Below are positions 20,111 through 34,080 of a stretch of DNA of 64,000 nt, one piece after another. A program made the translations under genes and the position numbers. A model generated the notes under the pieces. The model saw only the letters and a program-made list of their open reading frames with translations. It had not been told where the DNA came from and ran no database searches. Numbering within the stretch: the stretch's first letter is position 1; the number at the start of each line of letters is the position of its first letter. This DNA is from Lama glama (lineage: Eukaryota). The stretch is taken from the NCBI GenBank assembly GCA_028534125.1, contig CM052818.1, forward strand, positions 16,804,001-16,868,000. The letters are read 5' to 3'.

Positions 20111-22079
20111 CAGAGTACGGGGTGTCTGTTGCCGATGGATGATTCAAAGAAAATTAAGTAATTTTTAAAGAAAATAAAAGGTAACTTTTAAAATCACAAA
20201 CTACATGAAGGAAAGATGTTTTTTAAAGGTCAAAGGCATTTATCTTTTGTATATGCATTTTAAAGTATGAGTTTAAATATGATTCACAGATGTTGAGAAA
20301 GGAAATACAGGGAGATGGGAGAGTAAAAGAATTTTGAAAAAAATTTTTTATGGTACATCCCTTACATTTCATTTTATAGTGACTAATACTACTTTTCACT
20401 CAAAAAAAGGTCATGTTTGAATTGAGCCTAAGAATGCTGATCAGGAAATAATTGTCATCTTTTTTGCATCTGAATAACAAAGGCAAAATGTTTTCCTTTA
20501 ATTTATTTTTTAATTTCCTTGATTAGGGTATTAAGATTCTGTTTAAAATGAACTAGTTTTAGCATAAATCAGATAAGCCTTTTGTTCTAGATGGCTCAGT
20601 AAGAAAAAGCTCAGCTTGCTTTTGACTTGTTTTGCTTAATTGCTTTTCTTCATTAAAAGAGATTATACAGTGGGAAAAAAAAATCTATTTCTTCCTGTCC
20701 TTGAATTCCCTTCCCCGGTGTGTTTTGGAGAATTAGAAATTATGTGAAAATTTTGAGAGAGTGATAATTATGAGAGAGTAAATGAAGCTTAGTGGGGCAG
20801 GGGGATATTATTCATGTAACCTGGTAGGTCTGTTGATACTTTGGACCCAGAGATAACATTTAAATTCATAATAATTTATTAGGAGTCAGGAAGTATACGG
20901 TCATGTATCTTAAGCCAAGGTAATGGTGAAATTCACTAAAATCAGAATCACAGTAATTGTTTCAGAATGAAAAAGGACTTAACAAATAATGGAATCATAA
21001 ATTTGACTAAAACTTTGGAAGTCTCCTAGTCAAAATGCTTATTTAGCAAACTCTTCTGCTTTTTCTGTGTTGAGTGAAGATCCAAACTCTGTTTACATGT
21101 TCAGAAGGAGGGTATACTTGCTACCTCACAGTCTTTTTAAGGAGAGTTTTAATTTTTAGAGCTTTTCCTTTATTTGAATCAAAATCTGCCTCCTGAAATC
21201 ATTGCCAATTAGCCATCTGCATGTTGTTATTGTTGCTTCCTAAGATATTTATTGAGTTTCTCCAGTCTGCTGTGCTCTGTTTTCAGTTTATCTGAAGCTA
21301 AACACATTCTAATTCCTCATCCACATTAAAAAAAAAATTCTATAAATACATCCCTCACACTCATATCTAAACCCAATTTTTTCTTTTCTAAAATTGGTAA
21401 CTTTGATTTTTAAATCCATTCTTCACAGTGTTGAAGTGCTTCCTCCTTCTGGTCCGAACATACTCTTATTTAATTGTCAGAGTTATTTCTTAAAGTCAAT
21501 TCCAGAATTAATCACAGTACCCCTAGATGTCTGAACAGGGCACAGTAAAGTAGAAGCATTCTCTGGTTCCATAAATAATGACGCCTATAGTCACCTACAA
21601 TCAAGGCTATGTATGTGTGTGTTTTGTTTGTTATTTTTGTTTTGTAATTTTGGTCACTGTTATCATTTTGTTTCCTCATACTGAGCATTCAGTTAGTTGA
21701 AACTTCTAAGTTTTTTCACATACTCATAAGTCAGCCTTCTTATTCTCTCTACTCAACAGTTCATGTTGTGAGCCTATTTCAAAGCATGAAACATAACTGT
21801 ATTCAATTCTACCTTTAATCATTGAAAATAAATTAAATATCTACTCAGTGTTCTATGCACGATGCTAGAAATACAAAACTAAAGTATGGTATAAGGCAAG
21901 GTATCTGTCCTACAGAGATGTAGAGCTCAGTAATAGGTTAAAAAACACATTTTTACATATAACTTTAATCAATAGTTAAAAGCTTTATGATAGAAATTAT
22001 TTACAAGGACAAACATTCCTCATTGGCTGAGTCTTGGAGAAGGATTGGCTGTTCACTAGATTGACATGGTTGGGCAGTA

Positions 22080-22570
22080 CATGTGTTTTCTGTTTATGCC
22101 ATAACGAGTTTCATAAATTTAACATCTTAACACAAATGTATTATTTTGTATTTCTATACATCAGAAGTCCAACATGGGCTCCCTGGGCTCAACCCAATGT
22201 GTCAGCAAGGCTATGTTCTTTTCTAAAGCGTCTAGAGGATAATCCACTTTCTTCCTTTTCCAGCTTTTTGAACCTGGAAAAAAGCTACAGTTGTGACCTC
22301 TTTCCCCCACCTTCAAGTCTGCAACTTTGCATACCTCTGACCATTCTTCTGTGGTCATATTTCCCTTGGACTCTCTTCTGTTTCTCTTTTCCCCTTATAA
22401 GAAATTTGTGATTTCACTGGGCCCACCTGGATAATCCAGGATATTCTTCCTACTCTAAGGTCAGCTGATTAGCAAACATAATTTTATTTGCAACCTTAAT
22501 TGCCTTTACCATGTAACTTGTATCCCCAAGAAGTTCTGGGGATTAGGATGTGGACATTTTTAGGGTGTAG
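22080..22570 (-). mobile_element. MaLR solo LTR (MLT1C/D-like)
   Basis: tcagaagtccaacatggg...gggcccacctggataatccaggat...aaggtcagctgattagcaa...ttctggggattaggatgtggacat are diagnostic MLT1 motifs. Confidence 0.8.
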
Positions 22571-22599
22571 AAACAATAAAAGAAAAATGTAAGTAGAGT

Positions 22600-24250
22600 C
22601 ATGAAGATGTGGTAGAGAAGTGGTGATTCTAAGAATTGGAAACAATTGAACATGAATGCAAAAGAGGAACCTAAAAGATACAACTGGAGAACAGATAAGG
22701 GTCATGATGATGAAGAGCCTCAGGGAAAAGATAAAATTTGCTTTTTAGGAAGAGTGCTCTGGCACAAGAACAGATTTGAGGAATGCAAAATTACAGATAA
22801 TAAAATGACAGAGCAACTGTGATTTAGTCAAAGAAAGACATCCAGAGTTTACGGTTTTGTTTTAGCATGCAAGATAGGAAAGAGAATAGGTTTGCTGTTT
22901 CCTAAGGAGTTGGGTTAACAGAACTTGTTGATTGATTAGACGTGGGATTCAGGGCAAGACTGGAGTTAAGACTGACTCTTAGGCTCATATCCTAAGTCTC
23001 AAGGTAGATCAAGACAGCAGGGAGTAATGAAGACAAAGTGGGGGTGGAGAGGAAATGGAGGGAAAAATATCCTAATTTCCATTTTAGTTCATGGATACAA
23101 CCAGGCAACTATTTTGAATCTTGACCTGAAATTCCATCCTTGTGACATCTACAGTTATGATTTATATCCACTTGATTTTTTTAAAAAAGTGGATAAAATT
23201 GTAGGAGAGAACACAGTCATCAAAATGCTGCTAGAGGTCACATTTCAATAGCCACTGTTAAATTGATCTGAATTCACTGTATACCATTCAGCCAGCTTTG
23301 ACTCTGTACTATTAGCCAGATTGTATTTCTCCACATATTTCAAAATATAATGTAAAATATTTGTCAAATGCCTTGCCCATACATGTAATACACTCTGTCT
23401 AAATTATAAAGCAATAGTGGGATAGTTATTTATATTTAGTAGTGATAAGTATTTGAGTAATTCTCTTTTTCTTTCATATCAATAAATATACTTATTCAGT
23501 GCACTCAGTGTGTAAGGTTCTGTGCAAAGCCCTTCATGAAACATAAATATATATGCCATGTTTATATTTATGTAGAAAATAAAATGTAGTGAGCATGCAG
23601 GAAAACAAGAAATTAATTCTTACTAGAAGAACTGGAGAAAGTTCCTGGAAGATGTAATATTTGAACTGGAAGAGATGAGGAATGAGGATAGACTTAATAG
23701 GAAATGGAGCACTTGGAAGAAAGAACAGTATGATCAAAAATATTGAAACAGCATCATGCCTAGCATGACATGATGTGGTTGAAGCACAGGTATGGCTAGA
23801 AGGGAGGTTTAGAGTCAAGGAGCTGTTGGCATTCTGGCCCATAGATGTATGTAGTTATTTTTAACAGAATTTGAATGCGTTAGGGCAGGGTATGCACTCT
23901 CCATATCTCCAGTCTCTGTAACTCCATATTGTGTGTCCTTCAGCAGATTCACACATTGATATTTCTTACCTGGCACTTTAGATACCTGGCTTATGACCCT
24001 AGATTTAGAAGTTTATTTAGCCATCAGTATATCGCCAAAGAATGGAGGGTGCCATTATCAAAGCCCTACTTTAGGAAGACATCTCAATGGCAGAGTGGAT
24101 CACAAATTATGGTGTTGAAAAAGGGTGAGATAATTAGAGGAAGGTAAATGAGTTAGGAGTTTGTAAAAACAGTTCAGGTAAACGGTGATGGGCCCTAAAC
24201 TATTATGATAATAATTGAGAAAAGAAAGGAGGGGTCAAATGTGAAAAACT
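22600..24250 (-). mobile_element. Degraded L2 fragments (discontinuous)
   Basis: Purine-rich tracts typical of antisense L2 (e.g. cagaacttgttgattgattagacgtggg; tcctggaagatgtaatatttgaactgg; aggtaaacggtgatgggccctaaact). Confidence 0.45.
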
Positions 24251-25169
24251 AGATTCAAAACTCCTTCAGGCTACAGTGTGCATCGTTTTTTGAAGGGTGG
24301 CCAGCACTCCTGAATTATAGGAAGATGTATTATTTTGCAGTAAATCCAGTGCTGTCTCACAAATTTATTAGAAAGCAAAAATTAACTGATGTTAAGTTGT
24401 TTGGCAGTATTTTCAAAGGGAGCTAAAATGAGATTTGGTTTAGAGTAAAAAAAATCTTCCCTTTACTGTTTGTATGTAGATCTAGTACTCTAACATTTAT
24501 GCCATCCCCTCCCCTTTTGTTCCTGAGAAAACTTGGTTTTATTCTTATTCCATTCTAAACTCAGAATGTGATTCAGCATTCTTGTGTGTGTTTGTGTGTA
24601 TGTCTATTTTTACTTGTCTTTCTTACAAGCAAAATGGGTAAATGTTTTAGTTATAATGAATATTGCTGAGAATAAACTCTTTTTCTTTGTCTTGCCCATC
24701 TGGTGAAAGGTTTGTTGATACTGATGAGTAAGTAAATGATATTTAAGATTTGTCATGATCTAATAAAATCATCCATCTTAGTGGTCAGTTGAGGTTAGTC
24801 TCTTCCACGGAAAGAAAAGAATATATTCTTATTTCTTGAACCTAATGGCTCTAACTTGCCTTTGGAGAGTCACATCATTTTGCAGCTAAATTCTGGGTTA
24901 GTACTATAAAGCAAGTAATCCTCTATCCATGGATCTGGTTGTGACAGCATCTGGGAGGTTGCTTAACACCTTAGTGTCTTCATCTTCTGTCTGCCATGCA
25001 TATTATAATGACAGATGAAAACATTCTTTGAACACTTTGAAATCCTGAAAGAAGACAGTTTCATGAATATAAATTAGGAATAGTGTGTCATAACTCACAC
25101 TTACTAGAGGATATGTGGACTGTGGGAAGTTTCTTTGGTTTGTGGTTTGATCTGTTTTGGTCCAAATTG

Positions 25170-25242
25170 TTGGTCTAGTGGTCCAAATGTAGTTTGGTTT
25201 AGTGATACAAATGCTGTTTGGTCCAGTGATCCAAATTGCAGT
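25170..25242 (+). repeat. Degenerate 24-bp minisatellite, three copies
   Basis: ttggtctagtggtccaaatgtagt / ttggtttagtgatacaaatgctgt / ttggtccagtgatccaaattgcagt. Confidence 0.75.
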
Positions 25243-25439
25243 TTCTTCTTAGTGTTGTATTGAACTGTTGTTGAACTTTCCTTTTAAGAACATAAAATTT
25301 ATTTGAAGTTCCTTAATGGAATTGTTTCTCTCTTTGTTTTTTTTTTTTTTTGAAACTATTTCTTGCATGTTAATTTTGTATTAGAATCTCAGATAAGGAA
25401 CATGGAAAACATAATGTTTTCACATCTTTGTTTTCTTTA

Positions 25440-26180
25440 TCAGATATTCATTCAAGATGCAACTAAAATTTTATGAAACCCCTTCCTATGGGCTCAGGGG
25501 AACTGGGAAATAAGCAGAATAAGGCCATGGTACCTACATTTTAATGGTGGGGAAAAGCATTAAAGGAATAAATAAGAAAATATATAGTATGTCAGATGGT
25601 GACACATTTTGTGGAGAAAAGTAAAAAATAAAACCAGTGAATGGAACACGGGGAGTGCACAGATGAGAGACAGAGGTGTAATTTTTACATAAGTTTGTCA
25701 GAGAACACCCTCGTTTGTAGTATGACATTTGAGAAGAGACTTGAAGGAGGTGGCTCAGTGGGTGTTCACTCCTTTAGATTCTTAGGAAAAATGTCTCTTT
25801 CCTTTCTAGCTCCAGCGATCCCACCTAATCCCTCATCACGTCATCCCTACACTGTTGTATTCCTCCCGGCTGCTGTAGATGGTGTCTCTTCTTTCAGCCT
25901 CACCCTCTCTAACTTACATGGTGTCATGGAATTCCCTTGCTCAGAAACATACAGTTGTTCTCCATCACCTGTTACATGAATTCTAGACCCACCCACATTA
26001 TTGTAGTAACTTTAGGAGCCTTATTTATCCAGTAATTTTACCTGTAATACCCCTAGCAAGTAGGTTTCTTCACTCTGTCTTGAATAAACCATACTCATTT
26101 CCAATTCTGTTTTCTTCCTTATACCTTCCTTTGCACCTGAAATGCTACCTCTGCTAAATGTTTGTTTCCTTAAGCCTAGG
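25440..26180. mobile_element. Two L2 fragments in opposite orientation
   Basis: 25440-25760 is antisense-like (gtcagatggtgacacatt...tgacatttgagaagagacttgaagga); 25780-26180 is sense-like (ttccttgcacctgaaatgct). Confidence 0.5.
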
Positions 26181-28769
26181 GTTTGATTATTTGGTAGTGA
26201 CAAATACAATTTATTATGAAACAAGTAAAACTAACTTAGACCTAATATCCTCAACCAGATGCTGACCCCAAGTACATAATTAGGCTTTTACAGCTGCTGT
26301 CTTTAAAGAATAGGTTCTCAGATATTTCATCTTCCATTGGAGAACTGGAGTGTACTGCTATATGGGGTATGGTGGGGGTTGGGGATTTAAAAAATTGGAT
26401 ACCATCATTCATTTACAAATCCAGCGTCGTCCAACTTGTTTTGTAGACAGTACTCTCTTAGGCTGATCCCCGTCGCTCAAGGGCATTTCTGGAGGTTCAT
26501 AAAAGTTGAGCTCCTTGTCAGTAGCCACGGAGCCATGCTATTTCCTTTATTTATATTGCTGTCTTCCCTTTATAGCATCGTGTTCCTCTAGATTGCCAAA
26601 TTTTCTGATTAATTTATGATTAGGTGCTTTATTTACAAAAAAATGTCCTACTGGTAGCTTTTATATCTCATCCTTTCAGTTATTATATATTTTTAAAATG
26701 CCTCCTGTGTGTATAATATCATAGAACATCTTCTGTATTTCCCAAGGCACCTAATACACTGCTATAGTGTGTTTAAAAACTCTTACTGATTGCTTTGATG
26801 TGGAAGGCTTTAGAGAGCTGACATTTATGCCTCTTAAACTGCAGTTCATATATTTGACTTAATTCTGCCAGATATCAAAGCTTCTATAACATCACCTACA
26901 TGGGGTTATGTCAAGCAAAAATGCTGTAAACAAGAACATAGAAGTGATTTGTGTGGTCTCCTGTCACCTTTTTTTTCTCAGCCTTTCCACAGATTTCTTT
27001 TAATACATCCTGCAAACAATTAGAAAAAGCAAGCTCAGCATCTCTTCAAAGAGGACTTTGATATAATTTCTACCTTTTTTCTTTTTTAAAGGTTTTCTTT
27101 TTGGTATTTTTTAAAAAAAAATTCCGTTTTGGTAATATTTTTACTTTACAGGGCTAGACTTACACAGAAATATAAACTCAGGGGAAGCAGGAACCACGTC
27201 TGCTAATACTGGCTGTGAAGGAAGTAAAGAGCAAGACCTTGAAGGGAGGCAGCAGGGAGCCCTGGGATTTAAATAAACACAGTGTAGTACAAAGACCCAC
27301 CTTTAAAGACCCATTCCACCTTGTTTTGTTTGTCATTGTCAAAGCATGTAATGTTGTTGCTGGAATCAGTTTTATCTAAAAAGCATTTCAGTTGTACTGC
27401 ATCAGAGATTCCAGCAATGAGCACTTCTGAAATTACAGTGGAATTCCTATTAATTCGAAGTATTAATGTGGAGATTTGCTGCAGATGCTTGAATTTTGTG
27501 GGCTTGGAAGTATGTGAAAAATCAGGATTAAAAGTCAACCTATTGCTTCAGAATGTGGTTCATTTATTTTGGTGGCTGTAGTTTAATTTTAATTATTTAT
27601 GTCTCTGCTGAATAGTCCTTTGGCAAATGCTTCACAGAAAATACATCATCTTCTTCTTTTTTCAAGCTGTGTCTGCATTCAGAAGTCTTAACTCTCTGAC
27701 AAATATTTTTTTGAGTCATCTATATTAGGAAATAATTTTCAATCTGTCTACAAGAATCCCACATTTGCTTTCCAAAATAGGTGCTATATTTGAAATCCAG
27801 TATGACTCCTTAGACGTTTAATGTGCCAAACAGAATGCTTTTATGGAGATCTGGGTTTTTTTCCTGGTATCAGAAAACTTAACAATTTACTCTTAAACTG
27901 TATTTTACTGTGAATACCCTCCATCAATGTAAAATGTATCTTCTATTTATTTAAATACATTTAAATATACTTTCAAATCATTAGTTTCTGGAGATCAACT
28001 TATAAGTGTGTTCTTTATATTAAGCAATTAACTTTATAAGTAAATTAGCATTTTAAATTAGTGGGAATTTGGGCTTTGAAATGATTCATTGATAATCCCA
28101 TAGAACATTACACCAAAATTGAATCATAGGAAGAAGACAATATCTCTTACCATTTATTTCCTCACACCCTAGGCACATATGCATCTGTTTTATTTGCCAT
28201 TTCATGGTGTTGTAATCCTTGGAAACTAAATATAGTGTAGGATCACTTAAAAAATCTTTTGAAAAGTTTGCCCTTTTAGAACTGGAGATGTAAGACAACC
28301 CACCTCTTCTCTCATTTGTCTTTTGAAAAATGTCCAGGTAGAACCCATGACTGCCTGTGTTTTAAAAAGTAATGAAAATCTTTTTGAGTTACGGTGCAAG
28401 TGGTAAGAAAGTGCTGTAAGACTCTGTAAGGGCCAGTTCCAAGAGGAAATGAGCTAGTATATAGCACAGAAAGAGAAAATAGAATAAGCTTAATGTGAAA
28501 GGTTGCTCCAATGAGAAATAGGAAGACAGACACAGAGTTACTGAAACATTTGACTGGATGAGACCAAAACGAATAGGAGGACTTTGTCTTCAAGCTCAAC
28601 AAGATTTCTCAACCTAATGCAAATAAATTTGAAAATTATTGTGTGATCTTTCAAGTCTAAATTAAACATGTCTAGTAGTTTTCTAGTCAAAACTAGTAAA
28701 AAGTGCACGCTTGACTAATCAGTCAACCCTCTGTGACCAGTTGTTGTTAGTCGTTTTTGTTTTTGCTGG

Positions 28770-29150
28770 CATCAATTTTGTGAAGGAACAATTTGTATAT
28801 AATAAATGGCACCCATTTAGAGTGTTCAATTTGATGAATTTTGATAGTTGTACACTTGCAAAACCATACAACATTTCTGTTACTGCTTAATGATCATTTG
28901 TGTCCCTTTGTGTAGTCCATTCCTGTATATTCCCCTGGATGCTTATCTGCCTTTTGTCACTATAGATTAATATTCATTTTACATAAATGGGATCACAGCA
29001 TATATGCTCTTTGTGTGCATTTTCTTTTACTCTGAACAATGAATTTAAGATTCATGTATTTGTTTTTTCATATCAGTCATTTTTACTTTTTATTGCTGAG
29101 TAGTATACAGTTATCATGTGTTATACGTTTGTTTTATTTCTTCACCTAAA
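28770..29150 (-). mobile_element. Old L1 (L1M-type) 3' UTR fragment
   Basis: atataataaatggcacccatttagagtgttcaatttgatgaattttgatag...tttttattgctgagtagtat. Confidence 0.7.
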
Positions 29151-29349
29151 TTGTGTTCTTATTAATATTGAGGACTACACTTTTAATTCTGTATATCCCC
29201 TCAGTGCCTAGAATAATCCTTTGCACATAGTTGAGATTGGTTGATTGATTCATCTGACTGAAGGTAGATATTGGAAAGGAGTTTTAGAATTACCCTGGTA
29301 TTAATGGTACTCATTTTTGGAGAAAAATTGTGTGTTAGAAGTAGCAAAA

Positions 29350-29570
29350 GTAAGAGGTAATTTACTCAACAGTTACAGTATGCCATTTACAATACAAAGT
29401 TCTTCAGATGCATTACCTCTTTTATCTTCACAACCTATGTGGTGTTTATACTCTGATGCTGATTTCATAGATGAAACTCAGGGATTAAGGAACTTGACAT
29501 TGTGTACACAAGCTTGATAAGCAGTACAGATGCTGGACCTTAAAGCTTCTGCTCTTAACTATGGGACCAC
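29350..29570 (-). mobile_element. MIR SINE
   Basis: tcttcacaacctatg...atagatgaaactcagggattaaggaacttg...tctgctcttaactat. Confidence 0.65.
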
Positions 29571-29599
29571 GTTTCATCAGACAGAAAGAAAAGTTGTTC

Positions 29600-30470
29600 C
29601 ATGTTCCTCCTCTGCTCAAACATTACAGTTTCCCACCATTTATTTCAAATTCAAAATCAAAGTCCATATTGTAGCTACAAGGAGCATGTTGTTTGTTTTC
29701 AAGTGACTTCTCAGACCTTCTGCCCTCTCTCCCTCACACTGGCCTCCTTGCTGTTCCTCAGGCACATCATACATGCTGCCATCTCTGGGCCTTGACTGTA
29801 GTGCCCCTCAGTACTCTTGCTTCACTCACATCTTTCAGGTCTTTGCTCAGATTTACCTCACTGAGGTCTACTCTGAACTTTTCTTTTAAATGCTGTACCC
29901 CTCTACCCCTCACCTCCTGCCATCCCAATCCCTTCTACCATTATATGTTTTCCCTTTGTTTTCTCCATAGCACGTACTGTTGTCTAATAAATACATGAAT
30001 TACTCATTTTATTAAGGTTAATGATTGTTGCCTATCTCTCTCTGCAAAATATAAGCCCCAGAAGAACAGGTATCATTGTTAGTATTGTTACCTAACTTAT
30101 CCCAAATATCTGAAACAATGTTGTCTTCATTCAGGCTGCTATTAAAGTTACCACAGACTAGATAACTTGAACAGCAACATCTATTTCTTATGGTTCTGGA
30201 AGTGAGGAATTTCAAGATCAAGGCATTGACAGATTTGGTGTCTGGTTAGAGTCCACTTCCCGGTTGGTAGATGGGCATCTTCTCATTGTATCCTCACTGC
30301 AGACAGCAGAGGAACAGAATAAGCTCTCTTGTCTCTTCTTACAAGGGCACTAATCCTATTTGTGAATGTGAGAATTCATATTCACATATATGAATTTTGA
30401 GAGGACACATGCATTCAGTCCATAATAAGTGTCTTGCCCATAGTAAGACCCCAGTAAATGTGTTTAGGAT
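29600..30470 (+). mobile_element. L2a fragment interrupted by an MLT1A LTR
   Basis: cacactggcctccttgctgttcctc...; the L2 tail resumes at about 30425 (gtcttgcccatagtaagaccccagtaaatgtg). Confidence 0.7.
30120..30425 (-). mobile_element. MaLR solo LTR (MLT1A-like)
   Basis: ttcaggctgctattaaagttaccacagactag...caagatcaaggcattgacagatttggtgtctggt...cttacaagggcactaatcc...cattcagtccata. Confidence 0.8.
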
Positions 30471-30509
30471 TAAAGAGCTGGGATATTTTTGGTCTTCTTC
30501 CCCTACTGA

Positions 30510-30590
30510 TTTTTCTTTTCTTTTCTTTTCTTTTCTTTTCTTTTCTTTTCTTTTCTTTTCTTTTCTTTTCTTTTCTTTTCTTTTCCTTTC
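30510..30590 (+). repeat. (TTTTC)n microsatellite, about 15 units
   Basis: Direct reading. Confidence 0.95.
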
Positions 30591-32714
30591 AGAAGGAATG
30601 ACATTAAGCATTATTTGGATGACTTAGGGACAAGATAAAAGAATACAAATATTGATGTTGATGTCTAGCTGTATAACGGGAATCAGTAAAGGAGAAGAAG
30701 TAGTTTCCTACTTTAATCCCCTCTACAGTCTTTTGTCTTTCTTCTGTTTTATTAGTTCATAATACCAGTGATTTCCTAGATTGCTTCTTAGAGCTTAAAC
30801 GACCTGGGAGACTTGTGATAATTTGGTTCAGAAATCCCAACTTTGGGAGCTTTGGAGGGTTATGGACCAAGTGCATTTCACATGGGTTTTGAAGTTGAAT
30901 GGCTTTAGGTGAAACTTGTTATCAAAGCAGTCTTTTGTCTTAATCTACCCTGACCCACGCATCTTGGTGTTGGACCCCAAAACTTAGCCAATTAGATTCT
31001 TTATTTTAGGGAAAAGGAACTAGACAAGTGAAGCAAGTTGCCCACAGTGAAATGATGACTTAGAGCCATTTCCCCTGAATGGAAAATAATCCAATGTTGT
31101 TGAAGCATTTACCAATCAATTAGAGCAAAGATTAATTAGAAAATGTTATCACTTCTGCCCTTTTAAATCACCTTTTTATTGAGTTCCTTACTTAACACCC
31201 ATGAAATGGCTCATTGTTTTTGGTCATTTAGGCTCAAATATGATGTACTCTCTTTCAGCATCATAAATTTATTGCAAATGGTCTGGGATGTAGAGAAGCT
31301 CCCATTAAACTTGGTGAAAGGAAAACTGAGTGTTTCATTTCATTTGTTATTTACTCTTTTGGCAATTCATTTGTGGTGGGAACCCTATTCAAAGTCAAAT
31401 TTTTTTTTTTAATTTACTGGCTCTTCATGTTACTTTCTTGAAAAGCAGGAGTGATTAGGTTTGCTGTTAAGTGTGGGATGGGAGTAACATGAAGGAATAA
31501 TAGTATTATTTCATATTTCTAGGAAGAATATAATCTTGGAGGAAGGTCAGGAAACTTGTTTCCTAGTCACAAAAGTGTTAGATTTCTGTTTTGAACCATA
31601 TCGACATATAATTTATCTCTTTAAACCAAATTTCTATTACGAAATTTTCTTTCAATTAATTTCAAAATGTAAAACATTTCTCCAATGATATCCTCTTCTA
31701 GTACATTGAGTAATAGAAAATACCCTTTTTGGTAAGTTAATTTTTTAGTGCTAAGTTGACTGCTGTATGTTCTATAACCACTTCGGGAGCCCATGATTAT
31801 GTTAACAGTTATTTTTTACAGTACTCTGTATGGATGGTGATGGTAAATATTCTTCATAGTCAATGAGCCTTAGACACTATAAAATAAATCTAAACAATAA
31901 AGTGCTGCATATATTATTTCAGTTATTTCTATGTGTACAGAAAATATTAATTAAATGTTTCCGCTTCTATGAATAACATGTGGAAAATAGGAAGTTCCAC
32001 GTGAGTAATTAGGGTGAAATCTTGAACTGTTCTTCCAACTGACTTTAATTCTCTTTGCTGAAAGTAAAGAATTACTGACAATCTACCCAATTTCATTTGT
32101 CAAAACTCTGAGAATGAGTCAGGATTTTAATAAATTAAGCCTTGGAAGATTGTGAGGGGTGCGTATAACACCATGGAAATCCTCATGAACAAATTAAAGC
32201 ACTTTGTAGTAAAAGTCATCCTGCATTTGTGAATGTACACTCTGACTTATATTTATGTTACTGTAATTGTAATGCTTTGTACATAATCAAAGGTGATACT
32301 ATCAATTCAATAAAAATAAAAATAAAAATCACATAGTAAAGATTTGCCCTACACTAACATTCTATTTACATGACATGGGATCATCTCAGATGTAAGAAGA
32401 GTATCTAAGTATCTTCTGGTCTTTTAATAATTATGCAACTTAGATGAGACAACCAGACCAAATCTATATGAAACCCTGTTTTAAAAAGTGTTCTAGTGAG
32501 GCTGCCTTCTGTATTGAAGATCTCAAAAAATTCTACACAAATGTCAAATGTTTTATTATGGAAAGGTTTCTTTTAGTAATCACGTAGAATAGATTTAACT
32601 ACAAAATGTTTGTCTTTTTTTGGCATTAGTCAAACTATCAGTACATGAAAAGAGTTTCAATAATGCATTAATCTACTCTAAATTAACAGATATTTACATG
32701 TACATCTATAAGCA

Positions 32715-33100
32715 TATGTGTGTCCCTTGGGGCCTCCAAGGGACAGATGCTTACATGTAATTAGGGTACAAAAAGCTGCTGAGGAGTAACAACTGTGAAA
32801 GATAAATGAGAAAAGAAGCAGAATGAAAGGTGAGGGCCTCTAACCACAGTACAGATCTGATTATTTCTCAGCCGAGTGTGTGGAGCAATGATTACTCATT
32901 AGAGGAGTTCCTCACTGGATAGAAATGGCCAGGCCCCAAGACCCCCAACCCTATGAAGGCTTGGTCACTAGGAGAGCATGGCCTCAGCAGATCCTGCAAG
33001 TGCTAATTGTTGGGGATTGTCAGCCAACTGTACTTCTTGCAGCTGAATAGTATGTGGTTGAAAGGGACACTGAGTAACATGGCAACTGGCGCACCTTCAT
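32715..33100. mobile_element. ERVL-type LTR remnant (LTR33/LTR16-like)
   Basis: gaaatggccaggcccc...gagcatggcctcagc...ttgtcagccaactgtacttcttgcagctg...aagggacactgag. Confidence 0.55.
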
Positions 33101-33649
33101 GGCAGTTCCAATATGTAATAGGTTTACATGCATATGTTTATGAGTAAATATATCTGTGTACACGATATGTCATGTATGTTTAAATACAGAATGTTCATCT
33201 AATTTGCAATGGTATCTTACACTCAGTAGATCTTCAGAGTTCATAGGTTTTTCTCAGTAGTGTAAGAATTACATTTTAAGATAATTTTGAAAGATCAAAT
33301 AACTGCATCTATCAAGCTAATGCTATATTATGGAAAGTTCAGAATGATTAGGTAGCTCTTTCTCTGGTTAACTATAAACTCTGTATTGCCTTTGTAAGAT
33401 CACCAAATAAATTCTGCACCAATGTGTATTATTTTAGAGTGGGAAAAACATCCTAAATTGGGAGGGATTCATTAACTGGGATTCTTAATGCAAAGAACCT
33501 GATATTATCCCATCTTAGGAGATATTGATCTCTGAATTCCCAATAGCTGAGTAGTAACAGACTGCTATAAGAAGCAGTGCATCTTCTATCGGTAATTATT
33601 CCTGACACTCTTATTTCCATTTTTAAGATTTCTTCATCTAGTGACATAT

Positions 33650-34080
33650 GCCGTTAATCATTGCCATGCTCTGTGTCAGGACCTTTTCTCTTGCTGTTCT
33701 TTCTGCATGTTCTGCCCTCAGATGTTGGTGATACAAGCAAGTTTCCATGCTTCTTTGTAATCTCTGTTCACATGTTACCTCTCTATCCAATCTGACACAG
33801 CAGCCCTTATCATTATCTTCTTTGCTTTAAAAAATAATTTAAATATATATATGTAAAAAAAAAGAATAGTTATCTCTATGTGGCATTACATAAAATAGCT
33901 ATTTATTTATTTATTTATCCCAACAAAATTGCAAACTCCATAAGGACAGAGATTTTGTCAATATTGCCTAGTTTTGCACCCCTTGCCCTATAATACTGTA
34001 TGGCATATGTAGTAGGCACTAAAAAAACACTCACTGAGTGAATAAATGGATGGATGGTGAATGAATGAGGAAACAAATGA
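33650..34080 (+). mobile_element. L2 3' fragment
   Basis: aaactccataaggacagagattttgtc...tggcatatgtagtaggcact...tgagtgaataaatggatggatggtgaatgaatga. Confidence 0.65.

Noticed and set aside
25170..25242. Regularly spaced repeats as a CRISPR-like array (also 44510-44558)
   Set aside because: Head-to-tail tandem units with no unique spacers, in a mammalian genome with no cas genes.
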